A model generated the notes under the pieces. It made no database searches, had not been told where the DNA came from, and worked only from the letters and a program-made list of their open reading frames with translations. DNA of 63,885 nucleotides, filler included, from Dugesia japonica (Eukaryota): the NCBI GenBank assembly GCA_001938525.1. It is 6 parts of 6 records of this genome, joined end to end, with 100 filler letters (N's around TTAATTAATTAA, not from the genome) between each part and the next. Parts side by side here need not be neighbours in the genome. Positions count along the whole stretch, not along the records: positions 54,378 to 63,885 come from MQRL01447682.1; 5 more parts are not named here. One strand, 5' to 3'. The translations under genes and the position numbers were made by a program. Numbering within the stretch: position 1 is the stretch's first letter; each line of letters begins with the position of its first letter. Of the stretch, positions 54,278 to 63,885 are shown piece after piece.

Positions 54278-54377
54278 NNNNNNNNNNNNNNNNNNNNNNN
54301 NNNNNNNNNNNNNNNNNNNNNTTAATTAATTAANNNNNNNNNNNNNNNNNNNNNNNNNNNNNNNNNNNNNNNNNNNN
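54278..54377. other. Artificial scaffold-joining spacer
   Basis: 44N-TTAATTAATTAA-44N. Confidence 0.95.
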
Positions 54378-54399
54378 TCATTATATATAAAATCATACA

Positions 54400-57300
54400 T
54401 GTTTTTCGAATATTTTTTTAACTAATTCTGAATATTTATCTTTGATATTTAATTTTATATCTTCTAATAATGCTTTATTTGGAACGTAAGGGTAACTCAA
54501 AATCTCTGTTATAGCAGAGATTATTTTATCCAATCTTTGGGAATTTGAGAATATTTCAGAATTCAATGACTAAAAAAATTTAAAATAAAGTTATTAAAAG
54601 TTATTACTTTTAATTCCAGGAGATCGATTTCTATTAATTTTTGATCTGGAGTCTTACTGCTAATATTCTCTAAACGACTTTCCATTGAATTAATCCAATC
54701 ACATATTTTCTTTGAAATAGTTATTTTTTGAAAAATTATTTAGTATAAATACTTTAATTTCTTCTGACAGAAATTCAACAAAAAATAGTGCTTTATTAAA
54801 TAAAATATCCTTTTCTTCTAAAATATCACCAGTTATATCGATTTCTTCAAGAAGAGTTTCATTAAATTCATTGATTTCTAATTCACAAGATTTTCCTCCA
54901 ATTTTTATAATCTCATTTGCTTTAGGAGCCAATTCTGTTTGAAGTTTTACCACATTCTGCTTAATTTCATTTTCCAAACTCTAAAGAAAAATATGAATTG
55001 ATTCTTCATTTTTACATATTTCTAATATTTTAAATTTTATTAATTAATAATAAAATAAATCAAACATTTTTATTACAATTACAAATTGCAAGTACGAAGT
55101 AATATTAACTTAATATTACGAATGAGTTTCTTAATATATGAAAATACTTTTCTTTATATTTTAATAAGATTTCAGAAAAGATTAAAATCAATGAATAATT
55201 TTAATAAATGAAGTTTGTAATATATTAAAACTTTACATATTAATTAACAATTAATAATTAATATAATATTAAATAATTATATTTTATTATTTAGTAACGA
55301 CTTATAATTACTAATACTAGTTAAAGTCACTTATTTATGTCACATCAAAATTCAATTTAATATATTAAAGCTCGCACAAAAATTTGTAAATATTTCAAAA
55401 ATATTTATTTGGTGCTTGACCAGTAATTTAAAAGAAGAAGCTTTTATTTTCTTAAAATATAATTTAAGGTGAACTACGAAAACTAGTCACAAGCACTNTG
55501 CTTCTTAACTTCGATGTATATAATTATTATTTGTAAATTATTTTATTTATTTCTCTACCAATAACCATAAGAATTTTAATCCTTTTCTGTCGTGTTTTTT
55601 GTATTTTTATTTAAACAGTACCTTATAAAACTATTATAATAGTAAGAGAAACCAAAAATGAAAAAACAAATAAAAAACAGTTAAATTTTGAAAAATTTAT
55701 ATTTCTCTTAAACAATATATTGGTTTTAAATTATTTCAGTAAACATGGTTGTTCAAAATCTATAAATTTTCGGGCCACATTTCACAAGGAAATTAGGTCA
55801 CGGGCCACAGTTCACATTTTCCCATTTTTACACTATCTTACTCTACATCAGACATGACGTATACGCGTACGTGTAAATTTAGCTTTATACTTATTATAAA
55901 AATACATAGAGGTGAAATCTTAAAACTTAAAATTATTAGCAAATATAAATAAGAATAAACCCCTGAACTTGAAAATTTAAATAGATTTTATTTTAATGCC
56001 AGTTGTATATGGAATGAAGGATTAAGTAAAACTGAAAATATATGCATAAGAATTTTTGATTTTCAACTTTATACTTAAAAAAAATTGAGGAAAACATATT
56101 TTCAAAATAACTCAATAGATATATAAATATAAATTTTTCCGGAAAAGACTGTGAGCTGCATGAGGCTCACANCCTAGACTTTGGACAAAAATAAATAAAA
56201 ATAATGATTTTATAATTCAAAAAAGCATGTGTTCATTTCTCGTTTAACATTAATCATATCTCTAAATATTGCTTTAAATTAAATGAATAGACTGATATAA
56301 AAAAATTACATTTACTAGATTTGATTCAATATATTTTCCTAAAGTTATTTTATTCATAGATTTTTCATCATCAGTTAAATTTTGAAAACTTTTTCTATAC
56401 TTTAAAATTTCCATACATCGTACTTAATTGTTACTAAATGTTCTTTTTCTTCCAAAGAAGAAATCAAATCATGAACATCAACTAAATCAAATACATGTTT
56501 AATTGCATTGACTTTTTGTCACGATAAATTACATAAAATAAAAAAGAATTATTTAATTTTAAATTTTATATTGTTTACAAGATTACTTTTGGAATTTAAA
56601 AATCATATGATTTATATCATTATTTTCAGTTCTTATTACAACACGAATTCTAAAAATATCTAAACAGAAAAGAACTGTAAAAACTTTTTTCAAAAATATG
56701 ATCACAGAATTGAAGGTAACCATAAAAGAATCGTACAAAAATAAAAATCATAAAATTTGTTAGAAGAGCAAATTATATAATTTATTTACATGACGATGTA
56801 GCAGAAACTTCAAATTTTATGAATAAATTTTAACANGGGAGCCATTTGCTGTGCGTCGAATGTGAAGCTTGTATTCAATCTCAGTTCATGTGTTTTGCAG
56901 AATTTCCGGAGTGAATGTTGTAATGGTATCCGTAATTTTAGTCTTCAACTTTTCCAAATTTTTTATCTGGCTTGAATACATGCGATTCATTACATAGCTC
57001 TGGAAGAAAAATAAACGATGGGGTTATTTCCAAAAATCGGTGTCGCCAAGCAATGGAGCCGCCTTTTCTTAACCATCTTCTCAGTAACCAATCACTTAAG
57101 AAAATGCAAACTAAAAGACTCCATTGTTGTGGCACACTGTTTTGTTGTAGAATGAAAGTGTTCTTTCCTTGGAGGCTTTTGACGAGATTTTGTTGGATTA
57201 TAGTAAGGTAACTTGCATCTGTTATGATTTTCCAGCATATACATAAGCAACATTAGTGCGGGTAATCTTGTCACTTGGATGCAGCTTATGCAAAGATTGA

Positions 57301-60300
57301 ATTCGTACGGATATAAATGTAGGCTTTTACGAACAACTTTGTGCACTATGGAACGTGTTTATTTTTAATTCTTTGCTTGCACATTAGACTGATTTTGGGG
57401 ATTATTAGAAAAACTTTGACTTAAACGATCAAACGTTTCCTTAGAAATTCTGTCTTCCAGTATATTTTTCTTTTTTAACACTTTCGTTTTCTAGAAACTG
57501 AGCTTTTCATATATAAATTGATTCACGACCTGGGGGTTGTCTTCCGTAAGCATTTCGATATGTTTTTTAGACTTCAGAGAGAGATATATATTTTACTACT
57601 CTAGCAATTTTTATTATTGTACGATACTTTTATGGACACACTTTATTTAAAAAAATCATAAATCTGTCTCTTTTCGAATATATTATTTTGCAATAAAATA
57701 ATTGAGATCTCACCTTAAGTTTGGAATACTGTTGCTGCACCAATTCTTGATTTACAATTTCCGCTTCAAGAGGTTTAACAATATTTAAGTGTGGTGTNNN
57801 NNNNNNNNNNNNNNNNNNNNNNNNNNNNNNNNNNNNNNNNNNNNNNNNNNNNNNNNNNNNNNNNNNNNNNNNNNNNNNNNNNNNNNNNNCACTACTTGCT
57901 GATTTATTATCAGCTTCAGTTAAAATACTAATAGAATCAGAATGAATAATTGCTGGTTCGTGTAATTTATATTGTTTATCATCTTTATTATTAGGAAATG
58001 CTTCAATAGCCATGACACTTTTCTAATAAAATATGTAATTTTACATTACAATAAATAAATTACTTGAATTTGCTTTATGTTTGAATTAATTTCATTGATT
58101 TCAGGCCAATAATTATTGATAACATCTTTAAGCTCATTAAGAATAGACATTCGATAATCTGCCTTGTAATATACCGATTCTAACAATTTTTCAATTTCTT
58201 TCAAACGATCATTCAAATCTTCTGTTTCATTTGATTGTACAGTATCGTAATCTATTTGCATTTCATCAAATTTTTCTTTTATATCACCTAAAAAATAAAC
58301 AAAATAATTTTAATAGTTATTAAATCGATGAATTACAAAAATAATATTAAGCTTCTAGTTGTGTAGAAAATGTTTATATCCATAAAAGTAAAGTAACAAC
58401 AGAAATGAAATAATTCATATTTCTACATAACTATCTATGTACATTATATAAATTATATAAATGATTATCAATAAAGGGTGAAAATTTTGAATCAGAAAAT
58501 TTGAAAATAATATTTTTTTTAAATTTCTGAAATATTACTGATTTTTCTTTTTATAAAGGGGTTTTAGAAAAATAAATGTTCTCATGGGCTTACAACGTTA
58601 ATAAATTCAATAACAATAAAATGATTGACTGAAAAGAACTTTAAATTTTTTTCATTTTTTGTATTAACCATTTAGCACCGACTGTTTCTATTTGAGGACG
58701 GATGGAAATTAAAACGTATACACTTTCATATGACCTGTTTATGATTTTGTTTTGTTATGACCTTATCTATATAAACAAACGAAGCGATATGTAGCTTTTT
58801 TTCATCTCCCTTGAAATATTTTAGTGTTTACAGTCTTTCTGGGAACGCTGTTTGTTAATTGCTCTTAAGTGTTCAGGCGTTAATGGGTTAATGTTAAGAT
58901 TTTTTCTTGCAAACTAGAGATAATATGTAAAACTTCAATAATATGAAGTTTTCTGAACCAGAAGATTAATTTCTGTGTATATTTTTAAAAATATTTTATA
59001 CTTTCATTATTAAATTAATTTTTAATAAATTAAATTTAGATAAAAAGCTAATACAACCTTCAGTAATATTCAGATTGTTATTATCAGAATTCAATTTGTT
59101 AATTGATTCTTTCAGTGGCAAAAATGAAAGTTCTTTCTTTTTAATTTGATCATACAAAAATGATATCTCTTCTAATTGTTTATTCAATTTTTCTGGTAGT
59201 GATTGTATAGGATCAAGTTTAATTAAAACATCGTTCAAAGACCGCCATGATTCATACTCGTTGGCCAATTTCTCAGAAATTTGCTGAACATTAAATAAGA
59301 ATATTAAAATTTTCTCCAAAATTGAAACTTACAGATTTTGAATTAGGAGATAATAACTCAACCAATTTTTCATCAAGTCCAGCCATTTTATTTTTAAGGG
59401 TGTGGAATTTCTGTCGAATTTCTTGTATGTCATTTTTAATTGATTGTAAAAATGAACAGTCAGAACCATAATCAGATGTTAGTTCAATTACTTGTTCTAT
59501 CAAATCAAATCCATATGATTCAACTGCCTCTACTAAAGGCTCAATTTCATATAAAACATTATCAAGCTTCTATAATATGATTCGTAAAGTAATAAGAAAA
59601 TTACTAACAATAAAAATAATTACTTGTAAATTTAATTTGCGATCTTTTACCAAATCCACAACATATGGCGCTTCTTTATCTTTGGCATAAACTGCGTGGT
59701 TATCAAAATCTTTGATATATTCATCTAAATTTTGATTTGTTTCAATGATCAAATTTTCAGCAAGTTGCTTATTGTTTTCATATGTAATCATGGTTGGTAA
59801 ATAGTTATCAGACACTATATTGTAAATTTTCTCAAGATCAGTATACGTCAGCAGTCTTTCTTTTTCACAATATTGGATATTCATTATTGCTTTTTCTAAT
59901 AACTCAAAATTAATTTCTAACTGATCACTGAGATCTTCCGATAAAACTTTATCGATTTCTTGGAGATCTGTTTCCATCATTTGTAAATTATTAAGATATG
60001 ACTAAATAAAATATTTATAAAATTTGATGAATAAAATATTTTACTTTAATTTCTCTTATACGATTTTCAATATCAGCAACATTAGTATCCCAGTTTTTAG
60101 GTAAATCCATAACAAAAATTTGTAATTTCCCCAATTCAATCAGTAATAAGCTGATTTTGGATTCCACCTTATGAAATAAAAGTTTGATTAAAAGTAATAC
60201 AATAATAAGTTATACAATTGTTATACGATCAATCCACTGATAATAAAACTTATTACATATTAAAAAAATATATTTTTCTTTTGAAAATTATAATTTTTTC

Positions 60301-63300
60301 TGCAGTTGAATAAATTTATTTATATTTAATATTAAATTTACAATTAATAATATGAAAAAATAATTAGGCCAAAACTTAGTTAAAAGAATTTTTAGAAAAA
60401 CTAATAAATGAAGAGCTCTACTTCTCGAAGAACGTGTAATGAAATAATAGATGTAATGTATTCCTTTTTCGAATGTAATATGGTTCGAATGAGTCATAAT
60501 TCCAACATCAATGTACAATTTATCAAAAACTACCAACATATCAAAAAAATTGAATAATGAGAATTATAGAAAGAAAAAATAAATATTTTTTTTAAAATTT
60601 AAGACCTGGTAAAATACAATTTTCTAAATTTTAATATGCATTGACTATAAAAATATTATAAATGAAGTTGAAATGGTACCCAGACATATCACATAAAAAA
60701 ATTTTGACATAAAATATTTTTGACATTAAATTTTATGTCATAAAAAATTTATGTCAAATGTCTATGGATCGTTGTAATAACAATTCAATAATTCGTAAAT
60801 AATTAATTACCGAGTTAACTGTTATGAGGAAACGAGTGGGAATCTCTCATATACCAGTTTGTGAAAACACAAATCAACTAACATTATGAAGAGAGATGGA
60901 AGTTTAAGTTTTTGTTTAATTTTTTCACCAAATAAACAATATAAAATTAAAATTAAAAAATTGTTAAAATTGTTTTAAATTGAATTTTTAAAAAAAACTT
61001 TAAATCGCTTAAATAATAGTACTTATGATTGTATTGGAATAAATTTTATGGATTTAATTAAGTAATTTAGACGTTAATTTTCAAGCACCAATGAATAAAA
61101 TAAAATGTTAATAAAAATATTTTAATTAGAAAAATTGTCATTGATAAAGATATTGTCAAACGTATTAGAAATTTATTTGAGACTGAATAAATTTCAGTTA
61201 AATGAAGAATCTATGAAATTAAATATAAAAACGCTCTAAAAATGAGAACTTTCATTTTTAAACGGAAACCTATTCAAGATTGAATAGTTTCTTAAAATGA
61301 TTTTTTTGCAAAAGATTGAATAATTAAAAATAATGTAAGTCTTAATTTATAAAGAAAATTGATGAAAGTACCTGAAAAACAAGTTCTTCGTTTATTTTTA
61401 AATATAAATCCTTCTCTGTGGCAATAGTACTGTTATAAATCTTTATGAGCTTTTCTTTATTTTGAAATAATGAATTATTAATAAAGCTTTCACAAGAATT
61501 TTTCATTCGTTCAAATTCATCCAATTTTAACATAAATGTTTTACGTATATCAATTATTTCTTTAAGAGTTTTATCAGTTTTATTCTGTGATTTGATGTTA
61601 CTAACTTCGTTCTTAGTTTTGTCTAAAATTTCACTAAAATTGTCCAAATTTTTAAATAATTCAAAGAGTCTAGTTTTTGTTTGGATAATCATATTTTCCT
61701 TTATTTCAATACCAATTTTTAAATCAACAATTTTCTTTAAAAATTCTTCACTATCTTTTGTCAATGAAGTGAATAATTTCATCTTTTTAAAATCCGGATG
61801 AAAACTCGCATCGAAAGTTTCAAAGGATTTTTCAATTTCATTTAATTCGTTTTTATCTGTCGTTAATTCATTCAATAACGAATCTAATTTATCATCACTG
61901 ATTTTTATTAATTTTGTTGATTCATTAAATTTTATTTCCAATTCATTGAAATCGAATTTGAAATCTTGAATGGAATTTTCCAAACTTGCAAATTCAGATA
62001 ATACATTTTCAAAAAATATCAACAATAAATCTAATTCAGAATTGAGATTTTCATACAGATTCTTTAAAGATTTTAAATCTTGCTCTATTTCTTCAGACTT
62101 TTTTGATAAATTTGGAACGGCTTGAATACTTGCTAAAGAAACGTTAAATTTATTAATCAATTCACATGAAAGTGATAAATCTGGTTGATAAGATTTCAGT
62201 GCTTCTATTATTTCTAGGATTTTACTTTCTGGAAATTCTTTTATTTCATCTAAAGATTTATAATTTATAAATTTTCTTATTTGACGATTTATGGAATTTA
62301 ATTTAAGTTTTGATTTATTTATAGAATCTTCCAATGAATCAGCAGCCGTAATATCACGACTTGATACTAACATAGTCTTGTTTTTTGAAATGAGATCAAG
62401 TACCTAAATTACAAAAGTAATTGATAATTAATGAATCTTGAATTCTTATTGATATTATTCAATTGAAACTTTGTTCAAATAATAATAAAAATTTAACAGA
62501 ATGCACTAATTAAATCGTAATTATAAAATATTTTTTTCGCGTAGCCTTTAATTTCTTTAATTTTTAAGAAATGCAATACGAAAACAGCCTAGAGAAGAAG
62601 TTTTGTTTAAATTTTGTTTACTAAACAATTGTAAACGTTCGATCATTAAGATATTACGTTTGAAACAAAGTTTTAACATAATTATTCCATATAAAAATCG
62701 ATCTTAATATAATCACAATTAAATTTAAAACAATAAAAAATGACGGTTTTATGAAATCTTTATACCAAATTGAAATGCAAAAATTTAAACTTAATGTAGG
62801 TATGTTTCACATGGTCGCAGCGGTTAATACCGACACCATAGAAGAGAGGTTTTTAACGAGAAACTTTAGTAAAGACGGAGAATTGGACATTTTTATTAAA
62901 CAGAGCGAGTTGTATTTTGCAACTAAAGAGATTAATGCTCAAAAAAACCAGGAAAAGCTAATCACATGTTTATTGGACACGGAATTGATAGTAAAATATT
63001 TGTAAACCACAGATAAGTTTTTCAAGCATGTTTGTGGTTGGCGTTTTACAAGGAAACATATATTTTAGCAAAACTGAAGAGTTTGATAACGTTCAGAGAG
63101 AGGAATATTGAGTTAGACGCTGTATTCTCATTGGTCAATTTTGGTTAAGCGATTTCAATGAACAATTTATTTCACAAAACAAAACGTAAGAAAAATTAAA
63201 AAAAATAAAAGTGGATAAGACGGATAAAAAATTAAACAAGTCAAAATAGTTAAATAGAAAAGTATATATTAATAATTGAATATAAACGATTAAAAAACAT

Positions 63301-63885
63301 CTCACTTCGTTAAAAAACTCTTCTATTTCAGTTTTCTTTGATTTAAGTTTAACAGCATCTCTAGGATAACAAATTACTCCTTTTATCAAAATTTCATCTA
63401 CGTCTTTAAACAATACACTTTTATTTCGTAAAGTAGAAACCATATCTTCAAAGACAACCTTAATAAAAATGAATGGAAATTAATAAAATTTTTAAAAACT
63501 CTACCTCAATGTTATTTGAATCAATATTATTAGCATTAATACATTTACATTGAACATCCTCTAAAAATGATCCTAAATCATTTAAATCCACCATGCATTT
63601 AATATATTCAGGATTAGCAAAAGATAAAATTGTATTAAATTGATTTCCCGAAAGTCGATTAATTAATTTCACAGTAGATTCTAAATCAAGTAAATCATTA
63701 TTCATCGCTTCTCTTAACAGAATAGAAGACATTTTGCAATGTAAAAATTCAATAATATCGCAATCAATATTAATATTGTCATTTTCATCCAAAAGATCTT
63801 TCAGTGGTTTCGGAAGTTTCAATTTCATTTCTTTACTATCGATTATTCTTGAAAATATTCCGTTCTCTACATTCAATGCATCATT
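54400..63885 (-). CDS. Large helical spectrin-repeat/coiled-coil protein (spectraplakin/nesprin-like), partial multi-exon gene
   Basis: GT-AG-bounded exons 63885-63505, 63458-63306, 62403-61372, 60167-60045, 60001-59624, 59569-59333, 59283-59002, then approximately 58287-58064, 58022-57713, 54980-54608 and 54569-54400. E/K/L/I heptads with spectrin-like loops (LDPIQSLPEKLNKQLEEI). Some downstream phases are unresolved. Confidence 0.7.
56810..57600 (-). mobile_element. Decayed Tc1/mariner-superfamily transposase (intronic)
   Basis: HKVVRKSLHLYPY and RRWLRKGGSIAWRHRFLEITP..F (degenerate RWIGRGG..WPPRSPDLTPLDFF). Confidence 0.75.
58668..58887. mobile_element. piggyBac-like MITE
   Basis: TTAA-CCATTTAGCACC ... 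GGCGTTAATGGG-TTAA. Confidence 0.55.
60675..60770. mobile_element. Small palindromic MITE with GACATAAAA/TTTATGTC repeats
   Basis: GGTACCCAGACAT...ATGTCTATGGATC with inverted internal repeats. Confidence 0.5.
62810..63140 (+). mobile_element. Ty3/gypsy 5' fragment (PBS plus Gag N-terminus), intronic and antisense to the host gene
   Basis: CA-TGGTCGCAGCGGT; [32 protein letters not shown] is homologous to the Gag at 49007. Confidence 0.8.

Overview
Very AT-rich eukaryotic (metazoan) genomic DNA from a gappy draft assembly. The window is not contiguous: five identical 100-bp spacers (44 N + TTAATTAATTAA + 44 N) join six unrelated scaffolds (about 1-9118, 9219-17424, 17525-26261, 26362-44834, 44935-54277, 54378-63885). 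Host genes are partial, with 41-54-nt GT-AG introns plus a few kb-long TE-filled introns. They are a Cav1-like calcium channel alpha1 (two domain II exons), a bubblegum-type acyl-CoA synthetase (ACSBG), endoplasmin/GRP94 (two exons), a large spectrin-repeat/coiled-coil protein and a decayed CUB-like gene. The rest is mostly transposon debris: Ty3/gypsy, mariner/Tc1, hAT (three with perfect 8-bp TSDs), Chapaev3 and piggyBac-like MITEs. Most interesting: (1) a recurring family of elements with AGTAGATAG.../...CTATCTACT termini (Polinton/Maverick-like), long repeat-rich inverted arms and non-transposase cargo, including a REX4/ISG20-fold pseudo-exonuclease and a small spliced orphan gene; (2) a Cav1-like pore loop lacking the domain II selectivity glutamate (TATAW for TGEDW), followed by a U12-type donor; (3) three gypsy copies whose Gag ATG is formed by the LTR-terminal CA plus a tRNA-Leu primer-binding site. 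All calls are by eye; no searches were run.
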